A stretch of 64,000 nt of DNA, taken from Bugula neritina. Lineage: Eukaryota; Animalia; Bryozoa. The stretch lies in assembly GCA_964035545.1 (NCBI GenBank), contig OZ037767.1:6154707-6218706 (forward strand), in the 5' to 3' direction. The position numbers were made by a program, and so were the translations under genes. Position 1 is the stretch's first letter, and each line of letters begins with the position of its first letter. Below are positions 1-12,580 of the stretch, one piece after another. The notes below the pieces were generated by a model. The model saw only the letters and a program-made list of their open reading frames with translations, was not told the DNA's origin and searched no databases.

Positions 1-44
1 CTAGAAAACCTATTTTCAGTAGTAGAACTACTCCCCAAGGCTGA

Positions 45-501
45 AGTTGCGTTTATACCTATGCTGAAAAAATTACCGAGTTTCAGTTGATGACGCTTGT
101 CCGGGTACCCCTTTATAGTCAAACTAAAAATCGGTGAAATCATATTGATGCGGAAGCTTACTTTCTAAAAGTGAAATCTGACTTGCCTAATCGCTATTAT
201 GTGCTCTTTGTAAACATTGTGAATTGGTGAAGATGACAGCATAAAAACGATAATTGAGAAGGCGTAGGCGATATAGTTATTAACATATAAGTAGGTCATA
301 TAATCACCAAAGTCATAACTAAATAACGATGTTTACAAGGAGTTATTACTTCTTTTGAGTATAATTCTAAAATTGGCCAATAGAATTATCACAATACAAA
401 ATTTTTTACGAGTGGCTTTTACAATGCAATGCAACTCGGAGAAACTTTAACTCGGCCAAATTGAATTTCTGACTGAAAGTCGTGTAGGTATAGACGCAAC
501 T
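45..501. mobile_element. Non-autonomous TIR element (MITE), PIF/Harbinger-like
   Basis: Terminal inverted repeat agttgcgtttataccta (45-61) / taggtatagacgcaact (485-501); flanks tga / taa resemble an imperfect TNA target-site duplication. Confidence 0.6.
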
Positions 502-906
502 TAACACGCATCCATCAGAATTATCTTTTTTAATACTAAAACCAATATCTGGAACTGAACTACCTATAGCTGAATTACATTCATTAGAAAGTAGGTTTTA
601 GTATAATTACTATGAGAATTTACAAACTAAGATATACAAGCTAATTAGGATAAGAAGCCTATACTACATAATTAGGTGAGAAATAGATAAATAAATAATA
701 AACTGGTACAGCAGCGACAATTAATTATCTAGGACTCAAATTTTAATAATTAGTTTAATTAAAAAAGCAGGAGACTCATTTCAGTATTGAATCTAATTAA
801 TGAGAAAAATTTCCTGCTCCATTAACTAATATAATTAGAAATAGGAACTTGCCCTTCAGTAACTGGCATAATTAGAAAAAACTTGTTTATTATCCACAGT
901 CCCACA

Positions 907-1560
907 TTAATTAATAACTAATAGCTTAATATGTGGCCCATGTGAGCGAGAGCATGTTTGTAGTATTTGACCTAGTGTAGCCGTATTGTTTGGGCCGCAA
1001 GTTGAACATTTATTGGAGTGGTCACGATCTATCCGATGCTTCCTGCTCGATGTGGCTACAAGGTTCCCTCTCAAGAGAGTTCCCCTTACGAGCTCTGCAC
1101 CACTGACTAGTTCAACATTGCCGGATAAGACCCAAACATGAGCCTTTGGTACTAGGTTGTGGTGGATCAGTCCACAACCATCCGCTGACTCATTGAATTT
1201 TTCCTCCCAGCTTTTAACTCTAGGCGGCACCCTTTAACCCAGGGTACTTGACCTATTCAGAGAATGAACTGCACCTGGGCAAAGAAGCCAAAATTTGCGC
1301 TCCCCTATCGGCTTTTATGAAGGAGCCAATGGAAAACGCCCTCCTCGTACCTCATGAACTGCTCGATGTTCCGGCAACCAGAAATCTCAGCTGGCCCAGG
1401 AAGCAGCCTTCTCTGCTGAAACGTTCCAGCGGTTGGGGAAATTTTTTTCAAACTATTTCAACCTTTAGTTTATTGAGTAGTACTCTAAGGGATTTGAGAT
1501 GCCAGGAGAGTCTGAATACTAAAGGAGTAGTAGAGAAGCCAATGGATTTTGGAGAGCTGG
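907..1560 (-). mobile_element. Decayed R2-like (RLE-type) non-LTR retrotransposon fragment (post-RT linker and CCHC knuckle)
   Basis: ORF 907-1230: ...SADGCGL...WVLSG...LRGNLVAT...KCSTCGPNNTATLGQILQTCSRSHG matches the DGxGL / W / LR..L.T / CxxC...HILQxC pattern of R2-clade proteins (H changed to Q). Upstream frames are broken. Confidence 0.7.
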
Positions 1561-1569
1561 GTAAGATTT

Positions 1570-1645
1570 AGTGCCGTGAAGTAATGGTTGGCACCCCTGC
1601 TTGTAAGCCGGAGGTCCTTGGTTCGAATCCAAGTAGGGAGCAGTT
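1570..1645 (+). mobile_element. tRNA-derived SINE head / tRNA pseudogene
   Basis: A-box-like gtaatggtt, anticodon-like loop cttgtaa, B box ggttcgaatcc; acceptor stem not paired. Related head at 41228-41302 (-). Confidence 0.55.
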
Positions 1646-2509
1646 ATTTTTCCGTTTTCAGAGCTGATAATTAAATTATCAACTGATTTTTGGTTTGCTA
1701 TAACTTAGAAACAGAAAGAATTACACCATGTTTAGCAATGACAGATTTTCCCTTTGACGGCCTCCCTCCAAGTTTTTTCTAAGCTGGAACTAATGCTCTC
1801 TAATTTTGGAGAGGTCTAAATTAATTAAACCTCCCTTAAAAGCAGATGCCAAATGTTTTTGACCTTTGTTGTCATCTGCCAGTTTTGACCTAAAAATAGG
1901 TATAAAAACTTTTTTCTGATATCCTCGCAGCTACAATCTTCAATGGCGGATCATGCTCAGCCTTTATTATAATTTCCGTCATCACGCTTTCACTTACGGC
2001 TTTGCCTAAGAAAATTGCATTTGCAGCTCTTTTCTTTCTTTTTTCAATCATGTTTGCTATACTATTTATCATAGATGGAGTGTAAAAAAATGTGTGGTTA
2101 AGCATGAAGCAACAGCAGACGCCAACTCATAGATTTTTTCTCGAAACCTTCCATAAAGTTCGAAAAGGACTGAAATTTGCATGTCAATTGCATCTATTTT
2201 CTTGTGTGTTCATCTTGTAATTTCAAAGAGCATTTTGGAAATTAGCCGCACACGACTCACTAAGCCATGTAATGCTGCTCTTTTCCCACTGCAAGAGTTT
2301 AAAAATGCAAAACCATTTAAATTTAAATCACACATTTTAAATGAGACCACATTTCACACAGGCTGCATTGAATAGAGTCACCTTTAAGCCTACCAACCAT
2401 TCTTATATATACATATATAATAATAGCAATATATATACCTATATACACAATAACTGCAGTAAAGGCAAAAAATAGATAAAAAAATAATATAATAATAGCG
2501 CAAGTATTG

Positions 2510-2939
2510 TTAGTTGTTTTGGGTGGTTCTATGTTCTATATAGCGCCGCGCACCATAGCAGCAGGCAAACAAGCTAACCACTGCTATTAGCAATAGCATG
2601 CCTAGCCCTAATATACTTATTATGAGGACCCCCCCATCTTGGTCCTCCTGAGCTGAAAACAGCCCAGCAGAATTGAATTCAGTAACGTTAGACCCTGTAG
2701 CATAGAGTAATATATTTACTAGGAACACTAACTTAAGGAGGCAATTGAATTGATATGATTATGATGACAGACTGTACTGCTACTACTTTGAACTAGACAA
2801 TAAGTACTTAGTAACCCCATGTAACATGCAGATCAGTGGTCGTTTCCTCTATGTCTGCTGCTGTGCTGTATAGCGTGTAGGCTTCACTGAAACATTCCAG
2901 CACTCTCCCCCGCCAGCAATTGCAATGTAATGGGCAGAT
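2510..2939 (-). CDS. Putative small single-pass membrane protein (LRRNT-like Cys cap, TM helix, di-Cys, basic tail); spliced gene or decayed ORF
   Basis: 2939-2817 reads ICPLHCNCWRGRVLECF...DLHVTW after a tttag acceptor; 2695-2510 reads GSNVTEF...GVLIISILGLGMLLLIAVVSLFACCYGARRYIEHRTTQNN* after a tacag acceptor; a weak phase-compatible GT donor exists near 2816. Confidence 0.4.
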
Positions 2940-4059
2940 CTAAAGGGCAAGGGTCCATTCAAGTCAATATGAGCAATAGCCTAGTGTACACATATATCAC
3001 TCCCCCTAGTTAGATACTAACATATAACAGTCTATTTGATACTAACGAACCTACCTTAATACCTACTAACCATTTAGAAGTAAATAGAATAACGAATGGC
3101 AGAAGCCATTCCCTTCTTTTTCATTGAGTGAACAGTTTGACAGCTAGCAAGTGGGTACCAGTGGGTACCAGTGGCTAACTAGATCAAATATATATAATCA
3201 TAAACAAAAAACTGAGGCCAAAATACTCACAATTATTACTCCTAATGGTTGCAGTTTTGTTTGATTATTAAGCCAAACACTCTAAAGATAATGAATTTAT
3301 ATTAAAGCAAAGACCAGTAAAATTTGAAAACTAATTTTGTTGTGCTGCACAAATTATTGCTTGAAACATTATAAACAAAAGACAATTATGAAATTTGACG
3401 ACACAAGCTTTTTCTGTTGAAGCTATAAGTTGAGCAGTAATGGTGAAAACTGTTGCAGGGTAAAATTTGTGTTGAACAAAAATTTCGTCTTTTGTTGGTT
3501 TTCTTCAGACTTTCATCAGGGCCTTATGCTATCTTGCAATCCCTATAACTGTATAGGTGTGTATGTATAAATGTAGCTTCAAATTCAGATCTGCATCTCA
3601 ACAGTTTTGTTCACATCGAAAGCTGTTTTACTTGAGATAAAATAATCTGAGGCGTTCTGACTAAGACGCTAATGTCTGCTCCAGAAAACTTCCAGCTGCC
3701 ATATTTTCAACTGATGCATTGGAACCTAAAACAACTAAAGACACCATGTGAAACTTGACTCTTTACTACAGAAAGGAAAACTTCACTAGCATAATGCACT
3801 AACTCTGAAATTTTTTTGTGAATATTAGAAACAGTTACGCTAAAACGCACTAAACTTGATAGATTTGTGTTGTGATTGTTAAAAACGCAACAAAAGGTTG
3901 AATCTTAAAAAAGTAGGAGAATTTCTGTCCACCTTATCAGTTTAGAGCATATATTAGAAAGTATGCAAACGCAATCAAAATAACTCATTTCTGAATTTTG
4001 ATATAACCAGATCATTCACAGACCAGTAAAGCCTCTTCCAAAAAAAACCACTTGCAATT

Positions 4060-5055
4060 AATTGCTGCTGAGTAATAACTAAGTTTAAATTGTACTTAAT
4101 TTGAATTCTATGTGTAGAACTTTGACATCATATATTATCCAGGCATTTACTCAAATCGGATACAAGGTAGTAAACATTACTAGCTAATTCAAAGAGTATG
4201 TGAAATTGATTTTTAACATATCTTGGCAACGGATTCTTTTACTTGACAAATTTCTTTTAAAGCCAATTGGGACACCACTATCTTTATATCTCAAGTTATT
4301 GAAGTTCCAAATCATTGGAAATAGTGAAATGGTAGTATTTTCAGAGTTGTCTTCTAGTTCTTTGCAAACTCGATAGACTGTCAAGTGGATTGATCTTACT
4401 GTTTGGGTCAAGGTTTTCTTGGCCAAAATATTTTTTCAAGAGCAGCTGAAGCGAGTGATTTAAGCTGCTCCATCTTTTGGTCTCCATATTATGTTTTCTT
4501 TGAGAATCATCAAAACAATATCACGGTTTTTGAAGTTGTGCTTAGCATAAAGGTCTGCAACCGATTCAATAGTGACCTTAATGTGGTGAACGTAGTCCAC
4601 CTAGTTCTCTCGGCTAGCGTGGCTACATCCAAAGGAAAAGTTCTAAAAAGATATTCAAATAAATTTCATTTACATGTGCAGAATTTAAGGAAGTGGCATT
4701 CCAAGTTAAATTATTAGTTTTTATATGAAAATAGCCTGTACAGCATGGCATTTTGAAACCACACCCAGTTCACTAACCATATTTGATACCATACTAGCAG
4801 AAGGTAAATGCTCAAGGTCTGCTGAAAATTTCCTTCGTGATTCATCTACATTCTACAAAATGGGAAATATCACTCAATGTTATATGTTTGGTACAAACAC
4901 AAATAATTTTTCTTTCATCACGATGTTGGCCAGCTGTTTTGGTTGAGTATGGTGATTTTACTCATGTCCTTCAACTTGTTTTTTCTTTGAATTATCTAAT
5001 TTTGATAACAGAAACCCCACGAGTTCTCAACTCCTTAATTTGTGTTGATTTTTAG
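4060..5055 (-). pseudogene. Degraded hAT-like DDE transposase fragment (second copy 5860-6860)
   Basis: Frame-broken minus-strand peptides LPSASMVSNMVSELG, LTWNATSL..HVNEI, DYVHHI, INPLDSLS, LRYKD, RYVKNQFHILF are collinear with the transposase at 15972-18620 (LPSYGTVNNMVSEM, ITWDATT, DYSEHI, VQPLDSLS, RYVGNRFHILF). Confidence 0.75.
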
Positions 5056-5120
5056 TCCATTGACTCCTCCCGAGTGTCGTCTTAAGGGCGATTTTGGGTC
5101 GGCGACTCCTCCACGGCCTT

Positions 5121-5790
5121 TGACCTAAAGGGTTTGCCAGCTCTATATCGTCAATGTATAGAGCCAGTTGAAGGGCATCTAAATGTTGTTGAAGAGAGTT
5201 TGAACTTTTCTAAAGACTACCATTAGCAAAATCTATTTTATCACCATTAACTGTGGGAATCGATGTTGTAACATCTAGTTTGGAAAGGGTTTGAATAAGG
5301 CGCACATACTTGTCGTAGCATGGAGCTTGGATTTTAGTGCAATATTTTGCAGAATCTTCTCGATTTCTTACTGTGTATCTCTGTGGCATAATCAAGCCTC
5401 GCTTTTTAAATTCACCAATCCTGTTGAAATCTGTCTCGAAGCCTTCAAATGTCATTGTAGTGCTTTGGAGTGTATTATTCAAAGTGGTGACCTTTTCAAT
5501 ATGGTTCATACCAATTTCCTTAACTAAATCTTTGACATCTCTGCAAATAGAAGCTGTTGTCATCTGTAACAAAGCTTCAGATGATTCAACTATCTGTTGT
5601 ATCTGAGTTCGTGTGGTTTCCCCTTTCTCATACAACTTGAGAAGGAATCTAGAACAGCCCATAAAAGTATTTCACCAACAGTTCAAGAGACAGTTGAATA
5701 TATATGGATAATGCATGCAGTAATTTGTTTGTATGCCTGAGTATGGTTTAGTGCATGAAGTGCAAAAATAAATAACTTTGAAGACGAAGC
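5121..5790 (-). pseudogene. Animal-type EnSpm/CACTA (CMC) transposase N-terminal fragment (copies at 6927-7480 and 10653-10881)
   Basis: ORF 5210-5662 (RFLLKL...QIQQIVE...FETDF..I...YV.LIQTL...DFANGS) continues past a stop into ALQLALYIDDIELANPLG, the LY.DD.E..NPLG catalytic-D motif of animal EnSpm transposases. Confidence 0.75.
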
Positions 5791-7548
5791 CTGAATAAAA
5801 TTGTTATCCATCTTCAGATAAGCAACTTACTGCATGCCTGCCTCCCTGCCTCCTTCAATTTACTGCTGCTCAATAATAACTAAATTTAAATTGTACTTGA
5901 TTTGAGTGTTCTAAATGTAGAACTTTGATATCAGATATTGTCCAGGCAATTACTCAAATCGGATACAAAATATTAAACATAACTAGCTAATTCAATGAGT
6001 ACGTGAAGTGGTATTCTAACATTTCTTGGCAACGAATTCTTCTACTTGACAAATTTCTTTTAAAGCATATCGGATCACCACTATCTTTATATCCCAACTT
6101 ATGGAAGTTCCAAATCATTAGAAATGGTGAAATGGTAGTATTTCCAGAGTATTTTCTTCTAGTTCTTTGCAAACTTGATAGACTGTCAAGTGGATTGATG
6201 TTACTGTTCAAGTCAAGGTTTTCTTGGCCAAAATATTTTTTCAAGAGCAGCTGAAATAAAGTGATTTAAGCTGCTCGATCATTTGGTGTCCATATTATGT
6301 TCTCTTTGAGAATCGTCAAAATAGTATCACTGTTTTTGGAGTTGTGCTTAATATAAAGGTCTGCAACCGATTAAATAGTGACCTTGATGTGTTGAACATA
6401 GTCCACCTAGTTCTCTCGGCTAACATGGCTACATCCAAAGGAAAAATTCTAAAGAGATATTCAACTAAATTTCATTTACATGTGCAGAATTTATGGAAGT
6501 GGCATTCCAAGCTAAATTAATTGTTTTTATATGAAAAATAGCCTGTACAGCATGACATTTTGAAACCACACCCAGTTCACTAACCATATTTGATACCATA
6601 TTAGACGAAGGTGAAGGCTCAAGGTCTGCTGAAAATTAACTTTAATATTCGTCTACATTCTACAAAATGGGAAATACCACACAATGTTATAAGTTTGGTA
6701 CAAATATAAATAGTTTTTCTTTCATCACGATGTTGGCCAGTTGCTTTGAATGAGTATGGTGATTTTACTCGTGTTCTTCAACTTGTTTTTTACTAGAAAT
6801 ATCTCATTCTGATACAGAAACCCCACGAGTTTTCAACTCATTAATTTGTGTTGATTTGTGGTCCATTGACTCCTCCCGAGTGTCGTCTTGAGGGTGACCT
6901 TGGGTCGGCGACTCCTCCACCGCCTTTGACCTAAAGGGTTTGCCAGCTCTATATCGTCAATGTATAGAGCCAGTTGAAGGGCATCTAAATGTTGTTGAAG
7001 AGAGTTTAAACTTTCCTAAAGACTACCATCAGCAAAATCTACTACATCACCATTAACTGCGGGGATTGGTGTAACATTTAATTTTGAAAGCGTTTGAATA
7101 AGGTGCACATACTGGTCGTAGCATGGAGCTTGGATTTTAGTGCAATCTTTTGTAGAATCTTCTCGATTACTTACTGTGTATCTCTGGTGCTTAATCAAAG
7201 CTCGATTTTTAAATTCAGCAATCTTTTTGAAATCTGTCTCGAAGCCTTCAAATGTCATTGTAGTGCTTTGGAGTGTATTATTTGAGGTGGTAACCTTTTC
7301 AGTATGGTTCATGCCAATTTCCTCAACTATTCCTTGATATCTCTGCGAATAGAAGCTGTTGTCATCTGTAACAAAGCTTTGTTGTTTCAACTATCTGTTG
7401 CATCTGACTTCGTGTGGTGTCTCTTTTCTCGTACGACTTGAGAAAGAATCTAAAACAGCCCATAAAAGTATCTTACTTGAAGATAAAGCCTGAATAAAAT
7501 TGTTATCTATATTCAGATGACCAACTTCCCGCACGCCTGCCTGCCTCT

Positions 7549-10485
7549 GATAGACAGCATCTTTGTTCTACTGAGGTATAAGTTGGCAGGACATCGGCTT
7601 GAGATGCAAGTAAAGCAACTTTTACTATATTCAGAAGAACTTTGCTTCAGGCCGTCACTGTGAAACATAATTGTCGAGACTTTGGTCATGTTAGGTATTG
7701 GTCTGAAATACCAACTTAGGAAAGAGTCCCATTCATACCATGTCCAAGATGGATAGGTGACAGCTTCGTTGCATACAGCAGATGTGTTTCCTGCATCAAC
7801 TAGATGTTGTGTACTATAGTTGTTTTGTCGGCGGTATTTCCATTTCACCAATCCAAAGCAACCATTAACTAAAGATCTGGTGTGTCCTACCGTCATAAAC
7901 TTATATTGAAGTGATTGATGACAGTTCCGGAGCATTCTCCAGCTTAAGTATGCTACTACAGACTTATTTTTGTTCTGTCCGCAACGATTGTCTGCGTGAA
8001 GAACTAGGTTTGGCACGTCAAAACTCCATTCCTTCGAATAATGGTGGAGCATAGTAATCACCGAATTTGGTCCATGGCTCTATTTGCTGTCTTAGCCAAT
8101 AGTCCGGTGTTCGTCGTATAAACAGTTTGTTTGGATCGGTGTGGCTGTATCGCAAACTCCAAACAACTGCATCCTTCGTCCAACTCTAAAATACATTGGT
8201 CCCATTTGCCTGGTAGTAGTAGGTAGCGTTAGTTGCTCAGCAAAATCGAATATGAGATGCTTGATCTCGCCATTCTTAGCTTTTGAAATGCATTCATTGT
8301 AAAGGTCCCGACTCTTATATGCAAGGTTCATGTGCTGTACAAAAGCAGCTAAAGTATTATCCTTTTCTACATCAGTCTTTGCTTTCATAGTAGCATTTCT
8401 GAGAAGCTTACACTTTGCACAACAATCCTCTCTGCGACTCATAATCTCAATGTCTGCGCAATTACGATGCCATAGATCTTTGAAAGTTTGTAACCTTACA
8501 AATGTTCGATTGTCAGCTATGCATGAGTCCATGTAGATCTTATGAACTCCTTGCTTTGTTGTACCGCAAGGCAGATAGATTGGTGGAGCTGTTGGTCTTG
8601 CTCGAGGTGCAGCAGGCTGTGGGAGGCCATACTTCTCAGCATAATTCTTGAGAAATCGTACATCGGTAGTAACTTCTGGTGGAAATGCATTTTTAGCAGT
8701 TCGTCTTGAAAATAGGTTCTGTCATTATCATACCTGTAAATTCTATAGGATCTTTACACACACACAAGTACACGCATCTAGTATGGTAGCTCAGCCATAT
8801 TGCTATTACAGTTAAGTTCTGAACGGTCGCTGTAATCCAAAAAACAGGAAATGTTTGTTATATCAAATGTGCTTTATGTTCATGGTTGCTATAACTTTTA
8901 TCATACACAACCTTACCTTTAAGTTTGTGAGTACGAGGAGTTGGTCCATATTCTTTCAGTTGATGCTGCAAGGCCTTGAGGACTCCAATAGACAGGTCAT
9001 GGAATAGCATGAAAGCAGTCTGGCAAACACTACTGTGACCAAACATATAGCGATATGTCTGTCGTTGGCGGGAGCTTTCTACTTTTCTCTTTTTATTGCC
9101 ATGTGTGATAGTGTCACCTGGAAAGGAGCATAGAGCCAATTTTCCCATCATGAACAACTCTTTCTCCGACTTTTAAAGCTCTCGAACTGACTGGATGTGA
9201 GCGTATATTTCGCTATGCGAGAATCCATCAAAGCATTTGTCACTACAATATGCCTCTTCCATCTCAGATTGTAGCTTATCGAGAGACTCATCAGCACCTT
9301 GATCGCGTTGTAGGTTAGTCATAGCTGCAACAGTTGTCCTACCCTCCAATCCCTCTGGAGCTCTATCTGTTCTAATCATAGACTGCGATGATTTTTGTTG
9401 AGCTGGCAAATTACTACAGACCTAAAATAATGAAGCGTAGGTCTAATCAATTCAATTCTGAAACAAGATAACAGACAAGCCTAAACACCTTTGTATAATG
9501 CATAACCTAATTACATCAAAAGTGCTACTAGTAGAAAATAATGTGCTACTACTACTACTACCATTATGATTACATATTCTCACATTACGCATTTCAGGTA
9601 CATACATCTACATATATACTGATAACTTACTCTATTATTTTCTCTATCAGTATCAGCATGAATCAAAGCTTTCCCTGTCGCAATGTTTCGATTCAAAATC
9701 AATGCATGTACCAATGTAGTTGTATGTACTTAACTATCCTATGTATGTTTATGTTACGTAGGCTATCTTTATATGTATCACTGTTTTTTATGGAATAAAT
9801 AGCAATTGTGAATTTAGTTTTTTTTTCCTATAAAATTTTTGATATTAGGAATTGAAACTTTTTTATGTTTGAGTTAATATTCAACATGATTTTTTTAATA
9901 ATATATTAATAGATATAATAATTAGAACTATTATGTTTATATTATTATGATTATTATTATTATAATTATATAAAAATAATAATAATTTAAATTTAAAATT
10001 ATTCATTAAATTAAATATTTAGTTTTATTTCACTTACAAGAGCAATTCTGCGTCCTTTTCTGCATCAACATCACAATCTGGAGAGCTTTCAGTACACGAA
10101 TCTGCGTCAGTCTCATCACTACTACTATCAATCTCAGTAAAATATTCATCATTTAAAGCTTTTTGTAATGCTTCAGATAATCCAAACCAATTCCTCTTAG
10201 CCATTTTGAAAGAACTTACTCATTGCAAGATAATACTACGCTAAAAAAAGTGTTTATTTCTTAATAATTTCAACACAATTTTTGCTGGAAAAATATTCAA
10301 GATGGCGGATATTTCCTTAGCAACGTGTTTTTCAGCAATTTTGAAGCATTTACCAACTTTGTACAATATTTTAAATTTGATATTTGGAATCAACATTTCA
10401 TAATTAGTGAAGTGGCGTGTTGATACATAAACAGACAAAAATGTGCAAATTCAACTTAGAATGTCCGTTGTGCATAACAAAGGAG
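7549..10485 (-). mobile_element. Sola-like (Sola2-type) DNA transposon with spliced, inactivated transposase
   Basis: Motifs VCQTAF, YAEKYGLP, DCCAKC, FDFAEQL, GPMYF, LHADNRCGQNKN, GHTRSLVNGCFG. Acidic first exon MAKRNWFGLSEAL... at 10204-10037 with gtaagt donor, further acceptor at 9421, intron near 8710-8915. In-frame stops at 9173 and 8092; 3' end truncated. Confidence 0.75.
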
Positions 10486-10489
10486 TTAA

Positions 10490-10651
10490 CCCTGAGGTAC
10501 GCTCTTGCTTGGTGTGGCTCATTACTGTTGGTCGGTCTCAGACCAAGGTCTGAAACACCATGTATACCAGGGGTCGCCGGCTCAACGGCCATTGACTTCC
10601 CCCGACTGTTGTCTTGTGGGTGACCTGGGGTCGGCAACTTCTCCATGGCCG
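10490..10651. other. GC-rich structured repeat segment (shorter copies 5057-5118 and 6863-6924)
   Basis: Three copies share ccattgactcctcccgagtgtcgtctt..gggcga..tgggtcggcgactcctcca.ggcc, always fused to EnSpm directly after NPLG; several complementary stems. Confidence 0.6.
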
Positions 10652-10889
10652 CTGACCTAAAGGGTTTGCCAGCTCTATATCGTCATTGTTCAAGTTCAAG
10701 GGCATCTAAATGTTGTTAAAGAAAGTTTGATTTTTTTTAAAGATTACCATCAGCAAAATCTACTGTATCACCATTAACTGTGGGAATTGGTGGTGTAACA
10801 TTTAGTTTGGAAAGGGTTTGAATAAGGGGCACATACTGGGCGTAGCATGGAGCTTGGATTTTAATGCAATCTTTTGCAGAATGTGATGG

Positions 10890-11980
10890 CCTTTATGGGT
10901 GGAGAAGTATTTTTTGTATTATATGCAAGTCCCATTGGTGAGGGTCCGAGTTGTAAGGAGCGATGACAAAAATATTTCGTCAGTGCACAGAGTAAAATAG
11001 TTGTAGCAACATCATAATTTTCAAAACTAAATCCATGAATTTGTTTCAGGGTTTCCTTTTTTGGGCGTTGGCATCTTCTAACATCTTGGCTGAATCCACT
11101 TCAATGATAGCACTTGACAGGGTTTCATATAGCATCGAAATGTTTTCAGATTTGGGCTGTTGTATGATAAGTGGACAGTTGTGCCATCGAATCTTATTCA
11201 TATCTTGACACCACCATGGCTTATCAAAAATATTTGGTATCACTAGCTCACCATTTTTTTACAAGCCATGATTTTAAAATGGAATTTTCATCTGAAAGTT
11301 TTTCAGTAATACGTACTACAAATAGCTGAACAAACTGTTTTTTTCATGAACGGCAATAAAAATGCAATATTTGATTGAAAACCAGAAGCAGTTGAAGGGG
11401 CATTGTTCAGAAGATAATTTTTGTTACCATCTTGGCTTATGCAGTTATGGCTGACTAAATTGCTTTCTGTAATTTATCTTGCTCCCTTTACCAGTCTCAG
11501 CTGTTCTGCAAGCACTTTTGCCAACAACAAAAAATTTTTTCCATGGAAAGCTCTCCACAGTCTTTTTTCACAATTCTTTTTGTTGAAAAAAGATTGTTTT
11601 CGCATATTTTTGCCAGTTACTATAGATGCCTACCTTTCTTTTTCATTTTTAAGCGTTTGTGGTAGTGATTAAACTCTTAAGGAGCTACGCTGGGGAAAGG
11701 GCAAATTTGATTGTGAGGCATTGGTGCTGGACTGGGGATGGTTTTCTAAAGCCTCGTTGGCTCCATTGTATGCAGTTGAGTTTGAGGGCCCATCAATGAT
11801 AGATCATCAACAAGAGGCTGATTAGAATGAGGTCGGTCAGTGCCAAGATGTCAAAATAAATGGCCATCTTAGAAAGTCTCAGCCAAATATTTTAGTCACG
11901 GTTAAGATCTTCTTCCTGGTGATCTTTGTGTTGCTTAATATCTCATCCACCTGATCAGAGATATTGTTTGCTGTCTGACG
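10890..11980 (-). pseudogene. Unclassified decayed transposon-like coding remnant
   Basis: Short broken minus-strand frames (PNIFDKPWWCQDMNKIRWHNCPLII; MMLLQLFYSVH) in TE context; no diagnostic motif recognised. Confidence 0.25.
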
Positions 11981-12091
11981 ACCTTAAATTCAGCAGAATG
12001 GAGGAGTCCAGTTTAGGATGTAGTGACCAGTAATCATAATGTACCACTTGGCCTGGTTTCTGATTTATTATATATTGCATTTATTTTTTAA

Positions 12092-12178
12092 TGTTGGGTT
12101 AGTGATTTTTTGTATTTGATACACGCATATTACATATGTATTCTAACCTTCATATACGTACTCCATCAACTGTTCACA
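12092..12178 (-). repeat. Candidate short 3' LTR (87 bp) of the Mag-like element
   Basis: Minus strand: purine-rich agcaaaagga followed by TGTGAACAG...aaatacaaaaaatcactaacccAACA; TG..CA ends and an AATACA signal. No 5' LTR in the window to confirm it. Confidence 0.45.
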
Positions 12179-12259
12179 TCCTTTTGCTACATTGGCTAGG
12201 GTCATCAAACGATCTTTTAATCGGCAATTCAAATCGTGAGCCATTGGGAAATCGGCGCT

Positions 12260-12580
12260 TTAGGCAACAAAATTGGCGTCTGCTATTTTGCTTGTAGTTT
12301 TGTATGTAGTCCACAGAAAATAGATTGCAATTATGTTGAAAAAATACATTAAAAATTGTACTCATTCTTTAGCTCGTATATTTATCTTTTATATAATGTA
12401 TTATAATACTAACATTATGCCAAATTGAATTAGTATAACTGGTCCAAAGTCAGGTATGTTTGAGGGAGCTTGTCGTAGCACCAGCTTGCCATTATTGCCG
12501 GGCTCGCCTGCCGTGGTTGATTCCTTGCTTGGTTTGGCGGACCAATTAAATATGGTTATGGTAAATTTAGTAAACAATTT
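12260..12580 (-). pseudogene. Decayed two-transmembrane accessory ORF inside the LTR element
   Basis: Single frame: ...APSNIPDFGPVILIQFGIMLVL*YII*KINIRAKE*VQFLMYFFNIIAIYFLWTTYK...FVA*; two hydrophobic spans interrupted only by three stops. Confidence 0.35.

Larger units (their letters stand above)
4055..7548. repeat. Tandem duplication of a ~1.8-kb chimeric transposon-derived unit (copy A 4055-5855, copy B 5856-7548)
   Basis: Copies align throughout, e.g. tgctgctgagtaataactaagtttaaattgtact / tgctgctcaataataactaaatttaaattgtact at the starts and gcctgaataaaattgttatc near the ends; paralogous ORFs 5210/7016 and 4184/5987. Confidence 0.9.

Noticed and set aside
1570-1645. Functional tRNA gene
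   Set aside because: Acceptor and D stems do not pair; better explained as a SINE head.
1834-2388. Possible TTAA-flanked Kolobok-type non-autonomous element
   Set aside because: The right end (gtcacctttaa) is suggestive but no matching left TIR was found.
10490-10651. Canonical hammerhead, HDV-like or twister ribozyme
   Set aside because: No CUGANGA/GAAA core, L3 and P1' spacing do not fit HDV, no twister core; kept only as an unclassified structured candidate.
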